A stretch of DNA of 64,000 nt from Octopus vulgaris. Taxonomy: Eukaryota. The notes beneath the pieces are model-generated. The model was not told where the DNA came from and made no database searches. It saw only the letters and a program-made list of their open reading frames with translations. Of this stretch, positions 12,797-30,103 are shown in pieces. The stretch spans positions 36,146,001 to 36,210,000 of the forward strand of contig OX597830.1 in assembly GCA_951406725.2 (NCBI GenBank). The letters are read 5' to 3'. Within the stretch, counting starts at the first letter, position 1. Every line of letters starts with the position of its first letter. The position numbers and the translations under genes are program-made.

Positions 12797-13224
12797 TACT
12801 TTCTTTCGTACTTCGACATACTGTTTTGTTGGTAAATTCCATCTGAATACTCAGTTCACTGATGTTCGTGTTGCTGCCAACGTCGTCGTTGTTGCTGTAG
12901 TAGTTGCTGTCTTCTTCTTCCTTCTGCTTCCAATCAGGACTCACGCCATTTGCCACAAAGAATAATCTCTAATTCGAGCCTACTCTAAGCTACTAAGAAT
13001 GCGTGTGGCAACTTGAAGATCCACCCACCACACGCGATAGACTGGCGGTTGCACGGGCGCGAAAGCTACGTTGTTATCCTCATTCCGTAAACGGTGGCTT
13101 TTAACAGGTGGAGAGCTGAACTATCCTGGGTTACAGAGGATTCGCAATCTACACTAGGGTCTGAAAGTTTACCACACCATAGTGGGTTACATCATGATTC
13201 CTCTGCTTTCTGACAGAATTAGGA

Positions 13225-13320
13225 ACAAAAAGTAAGAGAAAGCTGTGGTGAAAGAGTACAGTGGGATTCACTCCACTCCGCGCCGGAGCCTAGTGGAGCT
13301 TAGGTGTTTTTGCTCAATGT
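13225..13320 (-). mobile_element. Fragment related to SINE family C
   Basis: Reverse complement aligns by eye with 20655-20740 (GAGCAAAAACACCTAAGCTCCAC...CTCCGGC). Confidence 0.55.
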
Positions 13321-13664
13321 TGCTGTTGTTGTTGCAGGGATTTGTTATTATCTAGCCTTATATAGTTTTACATAAGACTTCATTATCTCATATGTCCTAC
13401 TACTTTAGGATGGCGGGGTGTGATCTTTGTCAAATACGGTTGCTATACTTAGCAGATTGCTTGTTCGTTAATCAACGTTCTCGAGAAATTTATGAAAGCT
13501 GAATTATCACACGTATATATATCATATTTTTGCGACTCCTCTATTTTTCTGTGTATAATTCTCTGCGTTAAACACATTTATAGACTAATGCTCATCACAT
13601 ACAATTGTACGTATGCGTATATATATATATATATATATATACATATATTACTGTACATATATAA

Positions 13665-13712
<48 letters not shown>

Positions 13713-13735
13713 GTATATGTGTGTGTATGTGTGTA

Positions 13736-13785
<50 letters not shown>

Positions 13786-14150
13786 ATGTATATATGTGTG
13801 TGTGTGTGTGTATACAGTCTGTATGCATATATCTGTCACCTTTTCTTTCTCGTCACATAAAAACACTCATATAGACATCTACATACTCTTACTTACATAC
13901 TTATACATATAGGTGTGTGTGTGTATGTATGTATCTATATATATACATATGATGTATATATGTGTGTGTGTGCGTATGTGAGTGTGTGCATTTGTGTGTG
14001 CATATATGTGTGTATGTATATTTATATGGAAGTACATGTGTATATGTAAACACGCAGAAACACACAGAGAATTCGTGTTAAGATACCTACACACACCTGT
14101 ATAATACACACACTATACGTAACCAGACACACATACACACATACGTGAAG

Positions 14151-14188
<38 letters not shown>

Positions 14189-14858
14189 TTATACAAACAC
14201 ACGCGCACATACGTACACACATACTCATATATACATATACATACACATCATAGCTTACTTTACATCCGCCATTTTATTTTACTTGTGATAACGTCAATTT
14301 GCCCTTAACGAAGTTTATGAAAACGATTAATTAGCATTCAAAGATAATTGGTGATGCTGCATCGTTTATTGATATCTCGTCTTTGTGTTGTTCTGTTCGC
14401 TTCTTGCATTGTTTGATTATTTGTCTGTTTGTGAGGATATTTGATAATTTGTACATCTGAAATTACAATCTTTTCTCTCTGTTCTTATTGTAAATTGCTG
14501 CCACTTAAGTATGTAATAACGTGAAAAGTTTAAAAAAACAAAACATTAAAAGAAAAAAAAACATAACAGTAGATGAATAAAATATATTAAACGTGAAACT
14601 AAATGTTTGAAAAAGATAAAATAAATAAATCTACACACACACACATATATATATATATATATGCATATATACATATAGACATATATATGTGTATATATAT
14701 ATATATATACATTTGCTTATATGTATTATATGTATGTAGATATATATATATATGTATATGTATATATATATATACACCCATGCACGCACGTATGTAATTA
14801 CGTCTACACACACAGATATACATATATATATGTGTGTGTGTATATACATGTATGTGTA

Positions 14859-14940
<82 letters not shown>

Positions 14941-15565
14941 TGTATAGAGACATATGAACGGAAGGAAAACAAATGTTCCTTAATGATCATTAATAATTGT
15001 TTACTGCAATCAATTGATGATGGTTTTTTTGAATTGAAACAGACAAGTGCGCTCATTCATAATATAAAGATGAGATTTCACTGTTTAATTGACACTAAAA
15101 CATCTTATTTAATTACCAGGGGCGGACGGATAAAGAGACAACTGGAGTAGAAAATAAGAGCGTAGTACAGTGTGAAAAAGGCAGAGAAAGAGAGGTGGGG
15201 GGGAGGGAGACGGAAGGAACAAATGAAAGAAGGAAAGAAGGAAAGAAAGAAAGAAAGAAATGTTTTGAATGAAAGGTCGAATGAGAGGTATACCTAGACA
15301 CAAGCACTAAATAAACAATTAAGCATCGCAAATTAACTATATAAACACACACATACACATACACACGAACACGTACAAGCGCACATACGCACTCATGTAT
15401 GTACGCGCGTGTATGTACAAATTCATACGAGAACAACAGTCTTGACATAATAACAATATATGACAATACACTTCTGTCTCTTTCTCTCTCTCTTTATCAC
15501 TCTTCATACATATGTGTGCGCGTGCGTGTGTGTGTGCGTGTGTGTTCGCGTGCGTGTGTTTGCGC

Positions 15566-15610
<45 letters not shown>

Positions 15611-15694
15611 GTATGTCTCTGTGCGTGTAAATGCTTACGTACATATAGTATTTACAATATATTATTGTGCTTCTAAATACACTAGTTCCAATGT

Positions 15695-15749
<55 letters not shown>

Positions 15750-15781
15750 TGTTTCTTTATTAGCCACACAGGGCTGCACAC

Positions 15782-15869
<88 letters not shown>

Positions 15870-16218
15870 GAGATACGTGCATACATATATCCATACATGT
15901 AGCCACACATACATACGTACATGAAATGATAGCAACGCAGATAGAGATTCACTGATTGAATCTTAATTGATAGATCACACTTAACTTACGTATATTAAAA
16001 TATAGTTAAGATATATAAACTGGGGAACTCAATAGGTAGTACTCCAACCATCAGGTGGAGTATATTCATTAGTCCGATGTTGATGGTTCACTCTGTCATT
16101 AGTCATAGCTTATCAATATGTGCAATATTTCTGAAGATTGTACAGAATGATAAACTGTGATTAAAGACATAGTGAATCCTTACAAATGTACATGCATACT
16201 TACGTATGTGCGTACGCT

Positions 16219-16290
<72 letters not shown>

Positions 16291-16498
16291 TACATACATA
16301 CATACACACATACATACATACATACATACATACATACATACATACATACATACATACATACATACATACATACATACATACATACATACATGCATACATA
16401 TATAGTTGTAAAAAATTATTACCTTTGTATGGTATTTTTTCCCATGCTGGCCACTTGATAATATCGATATTTAAAAATCGATATTATCCTTATTTATA

Positions 16499-16560
<62 letters not shown>

Positions 16561-16564
16561 TATA

Positions 16565-16617
<53 letters not shown>

Positions 16618-16709
16618 GGGAGAGTTTACGAAAAAAAAACAAAAGTCGAAGACAGCTGGTGTACAAAACAAACAGATGTATTAGTATAACGCTCAGGAAT
16701 AGAAAAAGT

Positions 16710-16745
16710 CTTTTACGCTTCGAGCCTATGCTCTTCTACAGAAAG
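16710..16745 (-). ncRNA. Degenerate minimal hammerhead
   Basis: Minus strand: CTTT CTGTAGA A GAGC-ATAG-GCTC GAAG CGT A AAAG. Stems I and II are intact; there are two core substitutions. Confidence 0.5.
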
Positions 16746-17928
16746 GAACACAGAAAAAAAACAGGGAGAGAAACAAGGAGAGAAAAAAAAAACTGGCTTT
16801 CGTAGACAGGCATTTAATCAACTTCCATAATCAAGAAACTTCAGTTTCTCATTCTATCTATCTATCTATAAGCATATATATATATATATATATATATGCT
16901 TATATGTGTATATATATATATATATATACACACATTTATATATACACACGTTTTTTTTCTTATCTCTCTGTTTATTTCCTCTTATTCCTTTCTGTTGAAG
17001 AACGTATGCATGGGTGGAAGGATGGATGGAGGATGGATGGATGGATGGATGGATGGATGGATGGATGGATGGATGGATGGATGGATGGATGGACGGATGG
17101 ATGGCTGTGTATGGTTTATGCAAGTATATGTGTATGCACCTGTGTACATTTTCTGAGTTCATTCCCTCGACTTCTCTGTGTAAACTTGGAGATTACTACC
17201 TCACTTGAAAGCAGCTGGGGGTTAGGTGTCTTGAAACTTATCCGACTATAGAAAAACTATGTTAATTGCTGCCTTAACATTGCGCTAAAAGTATGAAGGT
17301 ATTATTATATAAGGAGAAGAAAACCGAAGAGAGAACCTATGTAATTGTTCATTTCTGTTCCTTTATTTGGCACGTCTGGTGTGATTTCAGTTCATACAGA
17401 ATCGATCTTTTATTGCAAGCGTGATCTAAAGAAAACTTTCAGCGACTTCGAATGAGAAACTGAAGTTTCTTGATTATGGAAGATGAACGCCTCTATGTTG
17501 AGATGAGTACTCTAGAAGATTGTTTCAAAACGACTGTTGAAAATGCTCTTGTACTTATAATTTGTTGATAAATGCTTGTCTACGAAAGCCAGTTTCTTTG
17601 CAACAGAATACGATTTGAACTCAGAGGATATCACAAGATTTATAATCAATCGTTCTAAACAATTTCGGCAAACCACACCCTGGACTCGTACCTCTTTATC
17701 GACCTCGAAAGGGGAAAAGTTACGCAAAGTTGATATGGCAAAGTTGATTTCTGGCGGATTTGAGCTCAGAGCAAACAGACGTAGTAAAACATGTATCTAA
17801 TACACACACACACACACACACACTCAAATATAACCATACACACACGCACGCGGATACGTACGCTTATGACAGACAGACAGGCAGACAAACAGGTAAGTAG
17901 GTAGGTAAGTAGATAGATAGTTAGATAA

Positions 17929-17976
<48 letters not shown>

Positions 17977-18004
17977 AGAGAGAGAGAGAGATAGACAGAC
18001 AGAC

Positions 18005-18092
<88 letters not shown>

Positions 18093-18193
18093 GTGCATAT
18101 ATTGATGCATATATACATATATAATTGGGGCTATGCATGTGGATACACACGGACGCAATTACATACAGATATATGTGTATGTATGTATGTGTG

Positions 18194-18241
<48 letters not shown>

Positions 18242-19067
18242 TAAATATGTATGCGCATAAGCTTGCGCGTACACATACATGCTGATAAACAAATGTGTAT
18301 AAGCTTGTGTGTATTTGGTTACACATATAAATCATATATTTATACATATATATACATATATTTATACACATATAAATCATATATTTATACATAATATTAA
18401 TCACAAACTGGAAAATATACACACAGTATAAAAGAGATAAAATATATACCAACACACCCAATAGTATGCATATTCATAAACTGAGCAATTTATTTAATAC
18501 ATACAGTCATACATAAACATTTATTTTTATACAAAGTCATATAGACACACTCTGTCATACATTAATTTATATACACTCATGCCCAAGGACACCTCTTGTT
18601 TCAAATACGTGTGTGCTGGTAATTAAAAGACAAAAAATAAATATATATTTGCAATACGGAAAGTAAAAGTAAACAATACAGCCATATATTATAACATAGC
18701 AATTAAAATTATCATGATGTAAAACTAAAACCAAAAGAATTAATATAAAATATAAAAGATGATTAATTAAATAAAATCCACTAGAAATATTTGATATTAA
18801 GTGAGACGAATAAAAACATGAATAATATTGTAACAAATAATGTTTATATCAGGAATGTCAGCCATGAAATAATCTAGGAAATGAACTTCGCTGAAATGAA
18901 TGAACAAAAGGTTATGTTGTTTCTTTAACTTTCTGACTTTATTTTTAGAGAGCTTCACAAGACACTGCCATTATCTTTATATCTTAATAAAACATAATAT
19001 TTCGATGATCTCGTCGAGACATTGTATTGTTATTGTGATGTTTAACTATCTCTTTTTCGTCATGTAT

Positions 19068-19114
<47 letters not shown>

Positions 19115-19300
19115 ACAAATATATAAATATGTATGTATGTATGTATGTATGTAAGTATATATGTATGTACGTATGTATGTATATATATATATGCAAATAT
19201 ATATATATATGCATATATATATTTATATATATATATATGTATATATATATACATATATATACTCACATATATATATATATGTCTATATATGTATATATAT

Positions 19301-19344
<44 letters not shown>

Positions 19345-19347
19345 GTA

Positions 19348-19394
<47 letters not shown>

Positions 19395-19715
19395 ATTGTT
19401 TTGTGTTCTTTTTCTTTTGTATTTGTATTTGTTTTAGCTCGCAGCTACCGACATCACTAATTATTTTGCATTATTTCAATAAACAATAATGTAATAATTA
19501 TCGTGGAAGTAGGAAGTGAAAAAGAGAGAGGGGTGTCATAGTGTGAGTCTTTTGTTGTCGATTTCGAGACAGAGAGAGGGGTGGAGAGAGAGAAAGGGAG
19601 AGAGAAAGAGACAGAAAGAGAGAAAGAAAGACTTTTCTTCCTCATTATATTGGATCCTGGTTGCGTTTGTGTTGAAACAGAAACAGTGGCAGTGCGGGGA
19701 AGAGAATATCGGCAT

Positions 19716-19797
<82 letters not shown>

Positions 19798-19950
19798 CAT
19801 AGATAGAGAGAGAGAGAGAGAGATACATACATGCATACATACATACATGCGTACGAACGTACATACATAGATAATACTTACACACCACACGCACATATAT
19901 ATGTATGTGTGTATGTATGAATGTATGTATGTAATTATGTAGCATATCCG

Positions 19951-19983
<33 letters not shown>

Positions 19984-20035
19984 GTATGTGTGTATGTATG
20001 TATGTATGTATGTATGCATACATGTATGTATGTAT

Positions 20036-20150
20036 GTCATTGTTCAGTTTTATTTCAAGATTTCTTGCCAATAAAGAAAGAGCCGGTTTCTAACCTAGAT
20101 CTAATGCCCCTTCATAGGAATTTCCACATCAACAACAGGGTATTTTTGCT
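20036..20150 (-). mobile_element. 5'-truncated 3' end of an (ACAT)n-associated REL LINE
   Basis: Reverse complement of 43341-43456; flanked by (ATGT)n. Confidence 0.7.
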
Positions 20151-20419
20151 TGTATGTATGTACGTTTCCCCAAATCATGACATGAGAGGCAGGCCTTGAT
20201 TACTGATATTGCCTAAGAACGCACACTGTTTTCTCTGTCCTACATTGCCAGGAACGAGACTTTCTTGGTCCCATGTATAAAATATATCATCAGCGATAGC
20301 GGTATCCAAACGATACTAGCGTCAGATTAAAAGATGACAAAACTGAATGGTACCTCGTACTACCCCTTCTTTAAAATCAAATTCCCAGCACATAAAACCA
20401 CATACAGACACATAATTTT

Positions 20420-20955
20420 TGTGACTGTGTGGTCAGGAGCTTCTTTCCCAACCACATGATTTCGGGTTCAGTTCTACTGCGTGGCATCTTGGATTACACG
20501 AGTTCCCCCTATCTCTCTCTATTCATTTCCCCTTATTCTATTATATCCTTCTACTATAGCCTTCTGTGGAGGCCATGACCTAGTGGTTAGAGCAGTGGAC
20601 TTGCGGTCGAGGGATCGCGCGTTCGAATCTCAGACTAGGCGATGTGTGTGTTTATGAGCAAAAACACCTAAGCTCCACGCAGCTCCGGCAGAAGATAATG
20701 GCGAACTTCTGCTGACTCTTTCGCCACTACTTTCTCTCACTCTTTCCTCCTGTATCTTGCAGCTCACCGGCGACGGATCGGCGTCCCGTCCAGGTGGGGA
20801 ACCTATACACCAAGGAAAACGGGAAACCGGTCCTTATGAGCCAGGCGTGGCTCGAGAAGGAAAAAACAGCAACTATAGCCTTCTATCTTCTGCTACAGCC
20901 TCCGAGTCGATCAAAGCCTTATGAGTGGATTTGGTAGACGGAAACTGAAAGATGC
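20420..20955 (+). mobile_element. CORE-type SINE (family B, octopus OR2-like) interrupted by another SINE
   Basis: Head GTGACTGTGTGGTCAG...GGGTTCAGTTC...GTGGCATCTTGG; resumes at about 20885 with ...AAAGCCTTATGAGTGGATTTGGTAGACGGAAACTG. Confidence 0.7.
20566..20871 (+). mobile_element. Full-length tRNA-derived SINE (family C, V-domain-like) with 13-bp TSD
   Basis: A-box TGACCTAGTGG, B-box GTTCGAATC, internal CGGCGTCCCGTCCAGGTGGGGA. TSD ACTATAGCCTTCT at 20553-20565 and 20872-20884. Confidence 0.8.
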
Positions 20956-21859
20956 GTTTCATCATATCGGGCGCGATAAAGCAAGTACCAGTTGAGGACT
21001 GAGGACGATGTAAGCGATTTCACTCCTCCCCTGAATTTGTTGGCCATGAACCAAAATTTGAAAGAAAATCAATAAATGTAAGACAAATTCTTGCCTCACA
21101 CAAAACGAAATCAGTCACATTTCTTGTTAGATAAAAGTACTTCGAAACGGTAAAATGTTCATGTTTAGTACCACATGAACTCTGAGTTGAATAGATATTG
21201 AAAATTAAGCAATTAACTAATTGACAGTTTACAAAATAAACAAACTATTATCCAAAAGATTTTTTTATTCAATTTCTCCGCCATTTTCATTTTATTTTGT
21301 CTTATTTCTGTACTTCTAGTTCTTTCTCTCACACCATTTTTTTATTACCCTTTCTTTCTCACCTCTCTTCTATCTCTTCTTGCTTTCTTGTTTCTATTCT
21401 TCTCTCTCTTCTCGTCTTCTTTTCCTGTCTCACCTTTCATATTTTTCCTTTTCTACTTCTTTTCTTCTCTCTCCCAATCTCTCTTTGTTTTCTCCCTCTC
21501 CTACTTCCTTTTTTGTTTCTCTCTACTTCTTCTTCTTCTCCTTTCTTTTCTCATCTCTTTCTCCTTCCTTATTCTTTCTTTTTATTTCTCTCTCTCTCTC
21601 TCTCTCTCTCTTGCTTACATTTCTTCCCTTTTTGTCTCTATTCTTATTCTTTCTTCTTCGCTAATTTTCTAACGCTATTCCAAAATTCTTCCTTCTCTTC
21701 TCACGTCATTCGCAATAGAGAGGGCCATTTCTGGCCTTCGTTACACCCTCCATACTTCCTTTTCAGCAATCGTTAATATTCCCCTGTTTTCATTCCTTCT
21801 CGAATCACTTCTGCAAATATTCTTTCCTTCGTCTGTTTCTCACTTTAGTTTCCTTCTTT

Positions 21860-26100
<4,241 letters not shown>

Positions 26101-26110
26101 GTGATAGTAA

Positions 26111-26281
26111 GTGACACTGGTGAAGCAGTGACATGAAGTAAGTGGCACTGGTGAAGCAGTGACACTGGTGAAGCAGTGACACTGGTGAAGCAGTGACACT
26201 GGTGAAGCAGTGACACTGGTGAAGCAGTGACACTGGTGAAGCAGTGACACTGGTGAAGCAGTGACAAGTGAAGCAGTGACA
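26111..26281. repeat. 17-bp minisatellite GTGACACTGGTGAAGCA, about 9-10 copies
   Basis: Direct tandem repeats without spacers. Confidence 0.95.
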
Positions 26282-26539
26282 TGGTTAGTCTGTAGTGCAG
26301 TAGTGGCAGTGTTGTAAAAGCAGTATAGTGACGTTCTAAGCTGTAGTACAGAAATGTTTATTTTGTTGTTGTTCTTGTTGGTGTAGTATGATACTGCCTT
26401 GGCTGCAATATTGTGATGTGGTTATAGTGTCTTTTGTTTGTTTGTTTGTTTGTTTTGCTATTGTTCTATTTATTTGTTGTCGCTAGAGAAAATGAAAGTA
26501 CCCATGTCTGCCCTCGACCTTCCTAGATCGATCATATTA

Positions 26540-26743
26540 TTTTCTACTCTAGACAGAAGGCCAGAAATTTGGGGGAAGTGGACCAGTCGATTAGATCAAC
26601 CCCCGTACGAAACTGGCACTTAATTTATCGACCCCGGAAAAATGAAAGGTAAAGTCGGAATTTGAACTCAGAACGTAAAGACGGACGAAATATCGCTAAG
26701 CATATCGCCCGGCGTGCTAACGATTCTGTCAGCTCGCCACCTT
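26540..26743 (-). mobile_element. SINE family A monomer
   Basis: Ends in CTGTCAGCTCGCCACCTT, the reverse complement of the family head. Confidence 0.8.
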
Positions 26744-26974
26744 CAAATATTAATTCTTTATATACACCAACTTTAACTGAATTGAGTATTGCATCCGGCT
26801 TAATCTTTTGACTAAAATATAAGCAATTTTAGCTCCCTATATAAATAACACATTTCCAACTACGACAACAAGACTTTGAACGTCTTTAGAACTTCGTGAA
26901 TGATATCATTAGAAAGTGTGTACTGTTACAGTGTTTCAATAAGCATTTCTGTCAGCTCGCCGCCTTGAATAACC

Positions 26975-27187
26975 TTTTATTCACTAGGCACAAAGCCCGA
27001 AATTTTGGGGGAGGCGGCCAGTCAATTAGATCGACCCCAGTACGCAACTGGTACATAATTTATCGACCCCGAAAGGATGAAATGCAAAGTCGACCTCGGC
27101 AGAGTTTGAAATCAGAACGTAAAGACTGACGAAATACCAATAAGCATTTCGCCCGGCCTGCTAACGTTTCAGTCAGCTAGTCGCCTT
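26975..27187 (-). mobile_element. SINE family A monomer
   Basis: TTTATCGACCCCGAAAGGATGAAA is the reverse complement of the body motif. Confidence 0.8.
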
Positions 27188-27852
27188 ATAGATCGATCAT
27201 ACTGATACCGCAAATGCTCTTCGTGAAGTTTTGTAAGTCAAAACTCCGAAGAACGATAGAAAAGATAGAATAGGCTTTAAATTATGTGTTCTGGGGTCCA
27301 TGTGTTCAACTAAAACATTTAAGGCGTTTTCTTAACATGGCCGCTGTTTATTGACTAATATGTATATATATATCGGTCATCTTTCTTTTCCTAACTTGTG
27401 TTTCTTTCCTTCTGATTCAGCCCGACGAATCAGACGCATTGTTGTCTGTCTCCTGTCAAAGCTTGCTTCTTCGCGTTCGGTACGAGACCTCGTTTAGACT
27501 TAGCAGCCTGTTTGTTTTCACTGTCCTGTTTTTGCTACCAATTCTTCGCAAAATCCCAAATTTTATTTAATTTGCTTTGCGGGAGTAACTGTTTTATTCG
27601 AAGCGTATCTTGTGGTGATTTGCTCGAAATACGGATTAGAAAAACAGCCGACAACTGATGAAGGGTCGTTCGTTATCTTGCTTGTCTTGTTTTCTATTTG
27701 TTTCATTCGTTGTTTGCAAAAAGTGGTTCATATTCCATGTATTCGTATTTCGTATCTTATGTTTTCGAATTTTATGTTGTTTACGTTCTGTGACGTTCTG
27801 TGCCCACCTATGCATATGTATATACATATATATGTAAGTATGTACATATACG

Positions 27853-27893
<41 letters not shown>

Positions 27894-27995
27894 ATAGAAA
27901 TGGTAAGACACCAAAAGAATGAAAGAGAACTCGATATTATGTAAATAGAGGAATTTATCTGTAAATGTAATATGTGACAATTATTCGGTAGCCAT

Positions 27996-28056
27996 GATAT
28001 AACTCATAGTTTCGGATGCCGGGGTGGATATCCATGCCGCCATCTCTTCAGATATC
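27996..28056 (-). ncRNA. Type-I hammerhead ribozyme with intact core
   Basis: Minus strand: GATAT CTGAAGA [GATG-G-CGG-CA-TGGA-TA-TCCA-CC-CCG-G-CATC-C] GAA ACT-ATG-AGT T ATATC. Stem I is 5 perfect pairs; cleavage triplet GUU. Confidence 0.75.
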
Positions 28057-28187
28057 CGGCCATCGGAAAAAGTGCTAAGATAGCATTTTTTCCGATGGCC
28101 GGATAACTGAATATATAGATGAGTTAATTTACATTGGGCTGACTCAGACCGTTTAAAACAATGATGATGATGACGGTGATGATGATG

Positions 28188-28705
28188 CAATACCAGGCAC
28201 TCTCATGGCTTCTCTCAACTGATTGGAAGTGCTCCCATGTACATGTTTTGTCTTGGTATAAAAGATGAGCTACTGCAAATACTCTGCTCAATATCACAGA
28301 TTTGCTTGTCAGTTGCTTGATCTTGACCAGTTGAGCAGGTCTCTCAGTGGCTGACGAAATGTACATCTCGGGATCATCAAGTGTTGAGAGGAATTCTTTG
28401 GAGTTTGAATAATTCACCTCTGGAAACATGGGTGTTTCGTTCAACATCCTTAAACAACCCTTAACCATGGATCTTTTGAGCGGGATGGGATACTCGAAGT
28501 GAAGAAAATTCTAACTGGACCCCCACCTGTAATGTCATGCGCTGTTTATCTTGGTTTGAGATCACCACGTCGCTCACATATGGTTGTGATGCATGTGCCT
28601 AGTTTACCCTTAACGGACGGGTAGCTATTATTGGTATACTGGGCTTCGTATATTTGGACCCTAGTATCACCTCCATGGCATGCACGACTTTCTAACTCAG
28701 TAAAA
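28188..28705 (+). mobile_element. About 520-bp (TAA)-tailed retroposon (probable R4/Dong 3' UTR or derivative), copy 1
   Basis: Homologous to 28730-29281 and 29491-30015; ends in CTCAG-TAAAAATAATAAT. Confidence 0.7.
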
Positions 28706-28729
28706 ATAATAATGATATAAAACATTAAA

Positions 28730-29281
28730 TTATCTCATGCAGTACAAGGAAGTGGCACGCATAGCTTCTGATCTTAACTGATTAAAAAATTTATCATTTA
28801 CATGGTTTGTCTTGGTACAAGAGTTGTGCTACTGCAAATATTCTGCTCAATACGGCGGATTTGCTTGTCAGTTGCTTGACCTACACCAGTTGAGCATGTC
28901 CCTCAGTGGCTGACTGTATGTCCATCTCTGATCATTAGCAGGAAAAGATGGGAAGCATCACAACCATGTCTTGAGAGGAATTGTTTGAGGTTTGAATAAA
29001 TCGCCTCTGGAAACATGGGTGTTTCGTTTATTATCCTTAAAGAAACCTTATTCAAGGGCATTTTGAGCGAGATAGGCTACTGAGAAAATTCTAACTGGGC
29101 CCCCACCCGCAGGGTTATGCGGTGCTTATCTTGATATAAGATCATCATCATATCGCGCACAAATGGATGTGATGCATGTGCCTGGCGGGCCCTAATCAGG
29201 CGGGTAGTGATGATGGGTATATTGAGCTTCGTATATTTGTACCCCAGTGTCACTTCGATAGCATGCACTCCTCTCTCACTC
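28730..29281 (+). mobile_element. (TAA)-tailed retroposon, copy 2
   Basis: Ends in CTCTCACTC followed by (AAC)(GAC)(TAA)n. Confidence 0.7.
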
Positions 29282-29324
29282 AACAACAACAACAACAACG
29301 ACGACGACGACGACGACGACGATG

Positions 29325-29412
<88 letters not shown>

Positions 29413-29417
29413 TGATG

Positions 29418-29490
<73 letters not shown>

Positions 29491-30015
29491 GACCTTAACC
29501 AGTTGAGCATGTCCCTTAGTGGCTGACGATATGTTGTTTTGTCTTGGTATAAAAGATGGGCTACAGCAAATATTCTGCTCAATACCACAGATTTGCTTGT
29601 CAGTTGTTTGACCTTAACCAGTTGAGCATGTCCCTTAGTGGCTGACGTTATGTGCATCTCTGATCACGAGCAGAAGTAGTGGGGGAGCATCATAGCCATG
29701 TGTTGAGAGGGATTCTTTGGGGTTTGAATAATTCACCTCTGGAAACATGGGTGGTTCTTTCAACATCCTTAAACAACCCTTATTCAGGGACCGTTTGAGC
29801 GGGATGGGCTACTCGACCTGAAGAAAATTCTAACTGGGCCCCACCTGCAAGGTCATGTGCTGTTTATCTTGATATGAGATCACCATGTCGCGCACATATG
29901 GATGTGATGGATGTGCCTGGTGTACCTTTATTAGACGGGTAGTCATGATGGGTATATTGGGCTTCGTATATTTTACCCCAGTGTCACTTTGATGGCATGA
30001 ACTGCTCTCTCACTC
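29491..30015 (+). mobile_element. (TAA)-tailed retroposon, copy 3
   Basis: Flanked on both sides by (TAA)n; ends in CTCTCACTC(AAT)n. Confidence 0.75.

Positions 30016-30102
<87 letters not shown>

Positions 30103-30103
<1 letters not shown>

Noticed and set aside
26111-26281. CRISPR-like repeat
   Set aside because: No unique spacers and no cas genes; it is a plain minisatellite.
27590-27680. CTGATGA followed by AGGG as a possible hammerhead
   Set aside because: I could not find a matching stem II, GAAA and NUH with pairing stems.
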